Below the pieces are notes generated by a model. It saw only the letters and a program-made list of their open reading frames with translations. It searched no databases and was not told where the DNA came from. Both the position numbers and the translations under genes were made by a program. Shown here one piece after another: positions 28,130 to 37,218 of a DNA stretch of 64,000 bases (the first letter of the stretch is position 1; every line of letters begins with the position of its first letter). Source of the stretch: a virus; IMG/VR virus record IMGVR_UViG_3300025009_000051, positions 119,717-183,716 of that record. One strand, 5' to 3'.

Positions 28130-31100
28130 TTATTTTAAATTTTTAAGAAGTTCATGTAGATCTTCAATATAAATATCGACTGGTTCTTTCTTATTTATTT
28201 CTTCATAATTATCTTCTAATTGTTTTTTCTTTTTCTTATACTCTTCAGTAGTTTCTTTTGATAATGTATGAACAGGTAAATTTAATAAATAATTGTATGA
28301 GTCATCTATCTTATCAAATTTAAACTTTTCTAATTGAGTTATGATTTCAGTTTTAGGTGTATCATTTATTTTAAGTTTGTTCTCGAAAATTTTTATAGAG
28401 AACAAGATCTTGTTAGATAATATTTTTATGTCCTTAGATATACTATCGAGTAAGAACGTCTTTCTTTTCGTTATATAAGGTAGTCTAAAATGTAAAAAAT
28501 GAGTGATGATATCATAAATATTTTCAAACTGTTTTAATTTTCCAAATTCATCTAATACATTCAAATTTTCAGATTCATATGAAGTCAATTTTAATAATTT
28601 CATAATATCCTCTTTGGTAAAATCGGCTAAATCAGATCTTGAAAATTTAATTATGTATTCAATATTTTCTTTACTGTTATTTTCATAATCTACAATTTTT
28701 CTTTTATCTATTAATTCATTCAAATATATTTCATAATCTTCAAACTCCCAATTTGGAGGAAGTTCTGTAATCTTAATTGTATTGGTATTTATCCTTTCAT
28801 ATGTTCCACTGAATATCCATCTTTTATTTGTTTCATCGAAAAAAGTATTTTCATTATTTGTAAAATCTGGATAATAGGGTTTAATTATTTTATTTTTTAT
28901 TTTCTTACCTTTTAAAATATCAATACAAATATTAATAATTTCTTGAGGATTTCTATTTAAAATATTTGTGGCAAATCCAACAGCAATACCAGAAGAACCA
29001 TTTATTAATACCATTGGAATAATAGGTAGAAAATATTTTGGTTCTATTTCTACTCCCTCATCGAATGTAGGAGTTAATAAATTATTATCTTTATAAAGAT
29101 ATTCGAAATTTGGTGAAATTTTTGTACTTACATATCTTGCAGCACCTGCTTCTCTATCTCTAAAAGAACCATATTGTCCAATATCCAATAATAAAGGTAA
29201 ATTATTTTTAAAGGTTTGTGCCATATTAATAATGGCTCCTTCTAAGCTTACATTTCCATGATGATAGTGTTGAGTGTCTGCAATTCTACCTGCACATTGA
29301 AATACTTTAGTTTCTTTGGTTATTTTTCTTGCTTCATTTATAATTTTCCTTTGTGTTGGTTTAAATCCATCTATTGCACTTGGTATTGCTCTTTGTTCAA
29401 TCACATGATAAGCATATGACAAATATTCTTCATTTAAATATTGTGAAATAGTTTTTACATCTTTTGTATATAATATCTCTTCAACTAAATTTTCTACAAT
29501 TATTTTCTTTCTTAAATCTGTTTCTCTACCAAACCATATTTCCAATAATTCTTTTGAATTTTCGTCTAATTTAAATTGAATTAATTTTGGAGATTGAATA
29601 ATCTTTTTATACTCTTCATTTTCTAAAGCAGCTAACCCCTTTTTATAACTTATGTCCCATTTCTTTAATTCTGTTTCTTTTAATTTATGTAACCAATGAT
29701 TATATTCTGTTTCTGAATAAAATTCTAAAACTTCTTTATTGTGCTTTGCTACAACAACCGGAGTTAATATTCTAAATACTTTTCCTTGCTCATATAATTC
29801 TGGCCAAAAAGTGTAAAAGAAATTAATTAATAAACCTGCAATTGCGTCTCCGTCAGTATCAGAGTCACTCATGATTCGAATTTCATTATATCTTAAATCT
29901 GTAGCTTTTTCTCCAATTTTTAATCCTACAGCCGCCATCAAATCTTTTAACTCTTTATTTTTATATACATCAAGAGATTCAATTTTCGAAACATTCTTAA
30001 CCTTGCCTCTCAATGGAAATAAACCATGAATTTTATTATCCATATATTTTCTGGCGCCGCTTTTGGCCGAATCCCCTTCAGTAATTAAAAGTATGCAACC
30101 AGATCTATCTGTATTTTTAGCATCTATTAATTTATCTACAATGACTTTATGAATTTTTCTATTTTCTATTCTTAAATCTCTTTCCTTTGCTTCTTCTTCT
30201 TTCTTTTTTGCCCAATCAATTATACTTGCACATATTTCACTATTAAATAATTTATTTAGAAATTTTTCACTTACAATATGTTCTGTTCCAAAATCAACTG
30301 GTTTAGTAGACAATTTTTGTTTTGTTTGACTTCCAAAAGCAGGATTGATAATTGTAGAATTAATAAATAAAAATAAATGTTGCTTAATACCATATGGAGT
30401 GATATTAACCTTATATTTCTTTTTTATTTTTTCTCTTAACCAATCTGTAATTTGATTTGCTATGTATTCTACATGCTCTCCGCCTTCTGGAACAGATAAA
30501 CTATTTACAAAACTAATATGATTAAATCCTTTTGTTGACAATTTAATTGCTATCGACCAATCTTTACTTTCTTCAAATATTATATCTTCGGCCGCACTTT
30601 CAAATAAATCACTAAATTCTTTAAATGATTTATATTGATATTTTTCTTTTACTCCGTCTACATCTAATACAATTTTTAATCCAGAATTACAGGCCGCGAC
30701 ATTAATAATTTTAAATCTTATCCAGTCAATTAAATCTTTATCTATAATTGTATAATCAAATCTTTTGTAATCGGGTGTGAACTTTATTTCTGTATAATGT
30801 TCTTTTGAATTTTCTATTTTAAAATCTTCAAATACAGATAAATTATCTCGATAGGTTCTTTGAAATTGTTTTTTTCCATCTGCACTTTTTATTGTGAATT
30901 TTTTGGAGAAAATATTAGTTATACTACTACCTACTCCATTTCTACCTGCCACAATTCTATTTTCTGTATCATCAAAATTGCTACCCGACCTTAATTTACT
31001 CACGATTAAATCTGGAATATATAGATTATATTCTGAGTGCATAATTATTGGAATTCCACCGTTGTCCCAAACTGATATTTCACCTGTCTTGGTGTTTAGC

Positions 31101-31351
31101 TTAACTTTAATAGCATCTATAACATTATTTCTTAAATGCTCGTCTACACTATTAGAAATAATTTCGTTGAATATTTGAAATAATCCGGGAGAAGCATTAA
31201 TTTGCGTTGAAACCAATTTATTATTTTTTAAGCTATAAATTTCAACTGCTTGCCTTGATGTAGATCCGATCATAATTTCGGGTCTTTTTAAAATATACTC
31301 TACTTCATCTTGAATCCATTGATATTTTTGTTCTAAAGTTTTTTGTTGCAT
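28130..31351 (-). CDS. Type IIA DNA topoisomerase, single polypeptide (GHKL + TOPRIM + breakage-reunion domains)
   Basis: FNEIISNSVDE, GRNGVG, ITEGDSA, PLRGK, SDSDTDG, IDGFKPTQRK, YHHGNVSL, GAARYV (catalytic Tyr). Confidence 0.93.
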   Translation of the reverse strand: MQQKTLEQKYQWIQDEVEYILKRPEIMIGSTSRQAVEIYSLKNNKLVSTQINASPGLFQIFNEIISNSVDEHLRNNVIDAIKVKLNTKTGEISVWDNGGIPIIMHSEYNLYIPDLIVSKLRSGSNFDDTENRIVAGRNGVGSSITNIFSKKFTIKSADGKKQFQRTYRDNLSVFEDFKIENSKEHYTEIKFTPDYKRFDYTIIDKDLIDWIRFKIINVAACNSGLKIVLDVDGVKEKYQYKSFKEFSDLFESAAEDIIFEESKDWSIAIKLSTKGFNHISFVNSLSVPEGGEHVEYIANQITDWLREKIKKKYKVNITPYGIKQHLFLFINSTIINPAFGSQTKQKLSTKPVDFGTEHIVSEKFLNKLFNSEICASIIDWAKKKEEEAKERDLRIENRKIHKVIVDKLIDAKNTDRSGCILLITEGDSAKSGARKYMDNKIHGLFPLRGKVKNVSKIESLDVYKNKELKDLMAAVGLKIGEKATDLRYNEIRIMSDSDTDGDAIAGLLINFFYTFWPELYEQGKVFRILTPVVVAKHNKEVLEFYSETEYNHWLHKLKETELKKWDISYKKGLAALENEEYKKIIQSPKLIQFKLDENSKELLEIWFGRETDLRKKIIVENLVEEILYTKDVKTISQYLNEEYLSYAYHVIEQRAIPSAIDGFKPTQRKIINEARKITKETKVFQCAGRIADTQHYHHGNVSLEGAIINMAQTFKNNLPLLLDIGQYGSFRDREAGAARYVSTKISPNFEYLYKDNNLLTPTFDEGVEIEPKYFLPIIPMVLINGSSGIAVGFATNILNRNPQEIINICIDILKGKKIKNKIIKPYYPDFTNNENTFFDETNKRWIFSGTYERINTNTIKITELPPNWEFEDYEIYLNELIDKRKIVDYENNSKENIEYIIKFSRSDLADFTKEDIMKLLKLTSYESENLNVLDEFGKLKQFENIYDIITHFLHFRLPYITKRKTFLLDSISKDIKILSNKILFSIKIFENKLKINDTPKTEIITQLEKFKFDKIDDSYNYLLNLPVHTLSKETTEEYKKKKKQLEDNYEEINKKEPVDIYIEDLHELLKNLK

Positions 31352-31423
31352 AAAAATTTATTTTAAGAATTATAATAATAATAACTATAATAACAAAATT
31401 TTTCTATTTTTATTTTTGTTTGT

Positions 31424-31432
31424 TATATTTAT
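31424..31432 (+). promoter_or_regulatory. Putative late promoter TATATTTAT
   Basis: 22 nt upstream of ATG 31455. Confidence 0.5.
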
Positions 31433-31454
31433 AAATACACATTAAAAACAAAAT

Positions 31455-31595
31455 ATGAAAACAAAACAAAATATTCAATTAACATTAGATATTGAATTAA
31501 TAGATTGGTTAAAACAAAATTGCATAAAAAAATCAGAATTAGTAAATAAATTATTATTAGAATATAAAAAAAATAAAGAGCATGCTAAAATTTAA
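31455..31595 (+). CDS. Small ribbon-helix-helix-like protein (46 aa; not in the ORF track)
   Basis: Manual translation MKTKQNIQLTLDIELIDWLKQNCIKKSELVNKLLLEYKKNKEHAKI. Confidence 0.55.
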   Translation: MKTKQNIQLTLDIELIDWLKQNCIKKSELVNKLLLEYKKNKEHAKI

Positions 31596-32703
31596 TACTA
31601 AATATTATTGTGTATGTGGATTTTCACATAAAAGTAAATTATCTTTAGGTCAACACAGAAGCAGATGTGAAATATTTAAAAATTATCTTTTATCAATATC
31701 AAATGAAATTGTTTTTGAAAAATATCTAAAACAAGGAATAGCAATCTCCAGGTTGGCACAAGAATATCAAATTGATAGAAGTATAATAGAAAAAATAATT
31801 AAACAACATAAAATTCCAATTAGAACAGGAAAAGAATCTCAAAATTTGAATTCTGTAAAACAAAAAAGAATAAATACTCAATTAGCAAAGTTCGGTGTAG
31901 AAAATTGCATGCAAAATAAAGACATTTATAAAAAATTTAAAGAAACATGCATTAAAAAATATGGTGTAGAATATCCAATGCAATCAAACGAAATAAAAGA
32001 AAAATTAAAAAAAATAATATTATAAAAATATGGTGTAGAAAATACATTTCAAAATGAATTAATAAAAGAAAAATCGAAAAAAACAATGTTAGAAAAATAT
32101 GGAGTAGACCATAATACAAAATTTTTAAATTGGGAAGAAAACACAAAAAAAAGAAATTTAAAAAAATATGGTTGTGAATGGCCAATGCAATCACAAATAA
32201 TAAAAAATAAAGCTAAACAAACAAAAAAAGAAATATATGGAAATGAATATTATACCAATCCTACTAAAGCATTAAAAACAAAAATAAAAAATAATATAAC
32301 TCAAAATAAATCATACATTCCATCAATATATTCTCAAAATTTATTTTGGAAAATTTATGAGCAATTAGAAAATAAAGAACACATTTATTTTGCCAAATTA
32401 AATAAAGAATTTGGAAAATATAATTCAATAAATAATAAATATTATTTTTATGATTTTGTAGATACAAAAAATAAAAAGATAATTGAATTTAATGGAGATT
32501 ATTGGCATATGAATCCAAATAAATTTAAATCTGCAGATATACATCCAACTTCAAAATTATTAGCAGAAGAAATATGGTATAAAGATCAACAAAAAATAAA
32601 TTTTATTACATCAATTGGTTTTAAAGTTTTAATTATTTGGGAGGCAGAAGCTAAACAAAATGAAAGTATAATTATTAATAAGTGCATTAATTTTTTAAAA
32701 TAA
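31582..32703 (+). pseudogene. Homing-endonuclease-like gene (KYGVE repeats + Vsr/DUF559-like nuclease) split by a single in-frame TAA at 32023-32025
   Basis: The 31582 and 32086 ORFs are in the same frame; reading is KKIIL*KYGVENTFQNELIKEKSKKTMLEKYGVD; C-terminal FYDFVD...IEFNGDYWH...DQQKINF..SIGFKVLIIWE. Confidence 0.75.
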
Positions 32704-32706
32704 AAT

Positions 32707-32737
32707 AGGGATTACACCCATATTTGATATAATCCCT
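32707..32737. terminator. Hairpin between convergent genes
   Basis: AGGGATTA/TAATCCCT 8-bp stem, 15-nt loop. Confidence 0.4.
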
Positions 32738-32781
32738 CTAAAAAACCTACACATATGTAATATATAATTAATAATTATTTT

Positions 32782-33168
32782 TTAATTTATATTAATCTCT
32801 ATTTCTTTAAACTCTTCTTTTTTAATTAAATTAACATATAAAATTCCATTATCATATTTGGAGTTTATTCTTGTAGAGTCTATGTCGTCTGGTAGTTTAA
32901 ATGATATATCTATTTCTTCAGGACTAAATTGTTTTCTTATAAAATTAATTTTACTTTTTTCTTCTTTTTTATTTTTAGTTTTTATTGACAATATATCCTT
33001 ATTTACTTTTAATGATATATCTGTTTCATCTCTACTTATTCCAGGCAATGCAACTTGTAATTGATATTCATCTTCTTTTTCAATTACATTATATTTTGTA
33101 GAATTAACTTTTGATTCCCATAATGAATCAAATAAATTTGTGTTAAAAAAATAACTGCTGTTATACAT
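32782..33168 (-). CDS. Small heat-shock protein (Hsp20/alpha-crystallin)
   Basis: YQLQVALPGISR...ISFKLPDDID...INSKYDNGILYV. Confidence 0.88.
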   Translation of the reverse strand: MYNSSYFFNTNLFDSLWESKVNSTKYNVIEKEDEYQLQVALPGISRDETDISLKVNKDILSIKTKNKKEEKSKINFIRKQFSPEEIDISFKLPDDIDSTRINSKYDNGILYVNLIKKEEFKEIEININ

Positions 33169-33286
33169 AATTTTTAGATTTAAAGGTTAATAATTTATTC
33201 TATCAATTATGTATATAACAAAAAAAATACAATTTGTTATTTTGAATAAAATTTTATATACTTTCTATATATTCTAATTAAATTTT

Positions 33287-33598
33287 ATGAAACGATTATA
33301 TACCTTTAAATTTGATACAGAAATAAATGATTGGTTAGAGTCACAGTCTAAATCTAATCATATGTCTAAAACTCAATATCTTGTCAATTTAATTTTAGAA
33401 GATAAAGAATTACAAGAAAAAACACCTAAGACAAATCTAAATTGGGATAATAATATTTCCGATCATATTCTTTATGTTCTGAATAATAGTAGGAATTTAA
33501 TTGATTGTGCAAATAAATTAAGAATATCAAATTATGAATTATCAAAATATATTGAACAATACAATATTAAAAAGAAAGAAGGAATTTATCTAATATAA
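33287..33598 (+). CDS. Putative DNA-binding regulator (RHH-like N-terminus, HTH-like C-terminus)
   Basis: YTFKFDTEINDWLESQSKSNHMSKTQYLVNLI; CANKLRISNYELSKYI. Confidence 0.55.
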   Translation: MKRLYTFKFDTEINDWLESQSKSNHMSKTQYLVNLILEDKELQEKTPKTNLNWDNNISDHILYVLNNSRNLIDCANKLRISNYELSKYIEQYNIKKKEGIYLI

Positions 33599-33802
33599 TT
33601 TATTTAGCTCAATTAAAATCTCTTCCATTTCTAAATCATTTAATTTTCTACCTGGTTGAAATCCTATTACTTTTATTATAATATTTATATTTTCAGAAAT
33701 AGAGACAGCATTTAAAATTTTAAAAACAAAATTTTCTTTTAATTTATTTAAATATCCTTCTACTTCTACCGGAGTCATTGTTTTACAAATATATTTTTCC
33801 AT
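33590..33802 (-). CDS. Hypothetical protein
   Basis: ORF track. Confidence 0.55.
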   Translation of the reverse strand: MEKYICKTMTPVEVEGYLNKLKENFVFKILNAVSISENINIIIKVIGFQPGRKLNDLEMEEILIELNKLY

Positions 33803-33813
33803 TTTTTTATTTT

Positions 33814-34212
33814 TTATAGCAGCTCTGCCGCCTCGTTAATTAATTGTTCAAAATATTTTTGAAATTTTTCTTTTTCTTCAATTGTCTTAAAACATAAAAA
33901 TTCGACCGCTCTGCTACTGTTAGGTTGTTTAATACAATAACCTTTTCTACTTTGAGTGTAATGATAACCATCATAATGATCTCTTAATAGTTCAAGTTTT
34001 CTAAGAGCTTTATATTTATCTGGGATTATTCGATACAGCCAATCTTGTTGAAGATTACATCTCTTCTCTAATTCTTCCCAAGATTTACATTTTTGATTTT
34101 CAAAGTCTATGTCAGAAAATAACTCTATTAAAATTTTTTTAGTTTCTTCATGTCTTGCAGAAAGGTATAGATCCACAATTCTTTCTTCATTAATTTTTTG
34201 TGATAACTTCAT
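33814..34212 (-). CDS. Phage hypothetical protein
   Basis: 132-aa ORF. Confidence 0.65.
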   Translation of the reverse strand: MKLSQKINEERIVDLYLSARHEETKKILIELFSDIDFENQKCKSWEELEKRCNLQQDWLYRIIPDKYKALRKLELLRDHYDGYHYTQSRKGYCIKQPNSSRAVEFLCFKTIEEKEKFQKYFEQLINEAAELL

Positions 34213-34235
34213 ATTTTTTAAATTAAAATTTATTA

Positions 34236-34595
34236 TTATGTTTTATTTGATAACATTGAAATTCCAGTAAGCAGTCCAATAAACAATAAAGGAAATCCCC
34301 AATTTAGAAAATGAATATCATTTCCTACAAACCCACCTAAAATCATACATGCCCCAGCAATACCCGAAACAATTTGAAAAAATCCCATTAGATTTAAAAA
34401 CTTTATATATTCTTCTGCATCATCCGCCCAATACAATATTAATGAAAGCAATGTTAAACCATAAAAGATTAGTGGTAATAAAGAATAACCAATTTGTGGT
34501 ACATCTTGTTTTACAAATCCATCGACGACAAATAGAAGTGAAGTCACAACGATTAATAAATTAATTCCTGCCATTATGCCCAATAGTGTTTTCAT
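34236..34595 (-). CDS. Four-TM membrane protein
   Basis: Four hydrophobic helices, apparently two similar halves. Confidence 0.7.
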   Translation of the reverse strand: MKTLLGIMAGINLLIVVTSLLFVVDGFVKQDVPQIGYSLLPLIFYGLTLLSLILYWADDAEEYIKFLNLMGFFQIVSGIAGACMILGGFVGNDIHFLNWGFPLLFIGLLTGISMLSNKT

Positions 34596-34598
34596 ACT

Positions 34599-35054
34599 TT
34601 AATTTTTTAAGTTTTTAATAAAATAATATAAATCATTTAAAATGTTTTCTAATTTGTGTGCTTCTTCTTGTGATATTTCATTAAAAGTTACTAAATTACT
34701 TATGATTTCTGAAATATCACAAGTATGAGTCGGACTATTAATATCATTTGTAGTCTGCCAAAAATTAGCTTGAGATTCAATTAATTTAGCTATTGCAATT
34801 TGTTTTCTATTTGGTTTATGTGTATCAGCTAAAATATCGGAAATAATAAATTCTATTGCTTTTTCTGATAAATTTGTAATAGATATAATTTTTGATATTG
34901 TAGAAAATATCTCTTTACTGTCGACCGTGGTATGTAAAGTTGCTAAATAATTTGCGGCTATTTCAAATGCTTTTGCAATTTCTAATTTTCTATATTCTGG
35001 AATATCTTCTAATAATCCAGTTTGACTCCATTTTTTAATTAATTTTTCATTCAT
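34599..35054 (-). CDS. Hypothetical protein with an N-terminus resembling T4-like major capsid protein N-termini
   Basis: MNEKLIKKWSQTGLLEDI. Confidence 0.6.
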   Translation of the reverse strand: MNEKLIKKWSQTGLLEDIPEYRKLEIAKAFEIAANYLATLHTTVDSKEIFSTISKIISITNLSEKAIEFIISDILADTHKPNRKQIAIAKLIESQANFWQTTNDINSPTHTCDISEIISNLVTFNEISQEEAHKLENILNDLYYFIKNLKN

Positions 35055-35503
35055 TGGTTTTGTCTTAATAAATTAATAGCTATATCAGAGTTAATAATTT
35101 CTTTTTTATATCTACTAGATTTTTTTTGTGTTTGTAATCTAGAAGATATTCTTTCAAATAAAATATTTCTAATTCTTTCAATTTCAATATTTGTTGGATT
35201 CCAATCTTTAAAATGATACTCTTTCCAGACAGTAGAATTAAATGTAGATATCACATTAAATCCTCTTTTCAATGCTTCATATTTTAATTGTTCAAATCTA
35301 TTAGAAAGATATTTTCCTCTTTTATAAAAGAATTTTACATGACCAGAATTAAGAGTAAATTGTTCTGGAATGTTATTTATTCCATTCTTACTGGTTAAAG
35401 ATTTTCTGTAAGATCCGCATAGCTGATTTATTTCTTTTATCTCAGCTATCAAATGTGCATCTGTTAAATTTTCAGGTGGAATAAACGCATTTATTCGAGT
35501 CAT
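35051..35503 (-). CDS. denV: Pyrimidine-dimer DNA glycosylase / endonuclease V
   Basis: MTRIN...LTDAHLIAEIKE...FTLNSGHVKFFY...EALKRGF as in T4 DenV. Confidence 0.88.
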   Translation of the reverse strand: MTRINAFIPPENLTDAHLIAEIKEINQLCGSYRKSLTSKNGINNIPEQFTLNSGHVKFFYKRGKYLSNRFEQLKYEALKRGFNVISTFNSTVWKEYHFKDWNPTNIEIERIRNILFERISSRLQTQKKSSRYKKEIINSDIAINLLRQNQ

Positions 35504-35528
35504 AACTTATTTTTTTTTAAATCTACTA

Positions 35529-35536
35529 CAAAGTTA
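35529..35536 (-). promoter_or_regulatory. Bacteroidota-type -7 box (TAACTTTG)
   Basis: TAnnTTTG, with ATTG 20 nt upstream. Confidence 0.6.
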
Positions 35537-35722
35537 AATAAATAAAATGAAATAAACAATTATTTTTTCTTATTTACTATATCTTTTCTTGAGTATAGCA
35601 TAGATAAAAACAAAGCGATTATAGCAACTAATATCCTCATCCAAATTTCAAAATCTTTATCATTTTCAATATCCCACGCAACGACAAGAAAAACTAAAAA
35701 CCAAAAGTATTTCATAACAATT

Positions 35723-36121
35723 TTATTTTAAGATGTGTGAATACATCAATTCAAAAACAGTAAAATAGACAGTCAAATAAATTGAGAAATTCCAATACCA
35801 TTCGATATTTAAAATCATTAAATTCATATCAACATAAAATGGTAATATAAAAATTAATCCCATACTCATAATTATTAACATCTTACAAAAATGATAAATG
35901 TCAGTTAAGAATACCAAAAAAGTTGTACTTCCAATAAATTTTGGACCTTGAATAGGATCTCCATTTTTATATTTATTTTTCCAACTATCTGGATAGAACC
36001 ATTTATACCATTTAGATTCTTTTGGTAGGGTAGAAAAAATTGATATTGAGAAATGAAATTGTTTTGTTTCCATGACTGCAAAAGAAACGGAAATTAATAT
36101 TGTCAGAAAAAGTATTATCAT
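35723..36121 (-). CDS. Membrane protein
   Basis: Hydrophobic segments flanking WKNKYKNGD...FLTDIYHF. Confidence 0.65.
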   Translation of the reverse strand: MIILFLTILISVSFAVMETKQFHFSISIFSTLPKESKWYKWFYPDSWKNKYKNGDPIQGPKFIGSTTFLVFLTDIYHFCKMLIIMSMGLIFILPFYVDMNLMILNIEWYWNFSIYLTVYFTVFELMYSHILK

Positions 36122-36309
36122 ATTTTTGATCTCCAATTAGTTGAATTTGTTTTAAGTTTTCTAATGTTATTTAAATCGTATGGTTTTCTTTCTTCATACT
36201 GATGCATCTTTAGTCGGTTAATTTTTAATTCTTCTTTTACTCTCTGAAGTTCTTGCTTAAATTCTTCAAATCGCTTATCTAATTCTTTCGTTAAATCTTT
36301 ATAATCCAT
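36118..36309 (-). CDS. Hypothetical coiled-coil protein
   Basis: ATG at 36309. Confidence 0.55.
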   Translation of the reverse strand: MDYKDLTKELDKRFEEFKQELQRVKEELKINRLKMHQYEERKPYDLNNIRKLKTNSTNWRSKI

Positions 36310-36316
36310 AAAATTT

Positions 36317-36559
36317 TTATTTAATGTATAAATTTTCAATAATATCTTTAGCTTCTTCTAAAGCCACATCTACATCAATACCTAAATTTTTATAAAAGTT
36401 TTTACTTCTTTCAGAAACTAACCCTTCATATGCTATTTGTAATATTCTTTGATCTTCTTTATCTATATGTAACTTAAATCCTTTAAATATTTTTAAAGCT
36501 TCTTTTATCTTTCCTGAATTATATAGATTGATTGCTTGTTGAGTCTTTGTATCTGGCAT
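36317..36559 (-). CDS. Phage hypothetical protein
   Basis: 80-aa ORF; TATATTTAT motif at 36571-36579 upstream. Confidence 0.65.
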   Translation of the reverse strand: MPDTKTQQAINLYNSGKIKEALKIFKGFKLHIDKEDQRILQIAYEGLVSERSKNFYKNLGIDVDVALEEAKDIIENLYIK

Positions 36560-36594
36560 ATTTTTTTAAAATAAATATAAATAAAGTACAAAAT

Positions 36595-36837
36595 TTACTT
36601 TTCTAATTCTTCAACCAATAATTCATGTATCGTTGTACCATTACTTAAAGTATAATTTTCATCAAAAATTGAATAATCAATGATTATTGAAGTATCCTTT
36701 AATATGATCACTGTATCTCCAAGATGTTGCCGCATAGCTAAATCTGCAGAATCAATTATTTTATCCAATTTGTTTAAATCGCCAATACATCCAGAAAATA
36801 ATATGACAGCAAGAATTACTAAGATTATTTTTTTCAT
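36595..36837 (-). CDS. Putative lipoprotein
   Basis: MKKIILVILAVILFSGC lipobox-like signal. Confidence 0.6.
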   Translation of the reverse strand: MKKIILVILAVILFSGCIGDLNKLDKIIDSADLAMRQHLGDTVIILKDTSIIIDYSIFDENYTLSNGTTIHELLVEELEK

Positions 36838-36848
36838 ATTTTTATTTT

Positions 36849-37211
36849 TTATTTACCACAACAATTTTTATATTTTTTACCGCTACCACAAGGGCAACTC
36901 ATATTTCTACCTATTTTAGGATCTTTTTTTGAATTTCTTATAGGTAATATCTCAGCATTTTTTTCTTTATTGGTTAATTCCATATATTGTATATCTTCTA
37001 TATGAGCCATTACTTCCGGTGAAATTGGATTTTTATAAAGATAAGTCAAATCATCTTTAGGAAATAAATAAGTTAGTTCATCTGTATTTTCTTTATTGAT
37101 AAAAACTACATTTTCATGATCGTGTAAGATCTCAATAGCTTTTTTAGATATTTCTTCTTTCATATTATTATTTCCAATGACAATTATTTTTTTCTTGTTT
37201 TTATCTTCCAT
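36849..37211 (-). CDS. SEC-C motif protein
   Basis: [21 protein letters not shown]. Confidence 0.8.
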   Translation of the reverse strand: MEDKNKKKIIVIGNNNMKEEISKKAIEILHDHENVVFINKENTDELTYLFPKDDLTYLYKNPISPEVMAHIEDIQYMELTNKEKNAEILPIRNSKKDPKIGRNMSCPCGSGKKYKNCCGK

Positions 37212-37218
37212 AATTTTT

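Noticed and set aside
28130-31351. Eukaryotic giant-virus (NCLDV) origin suggested by the fused Topo II and Trp repeats
   Set aside because: T4-like tail tube and baseplate genes, bacterial operon packing and Bacteroidota promoters indicate a tailed phage
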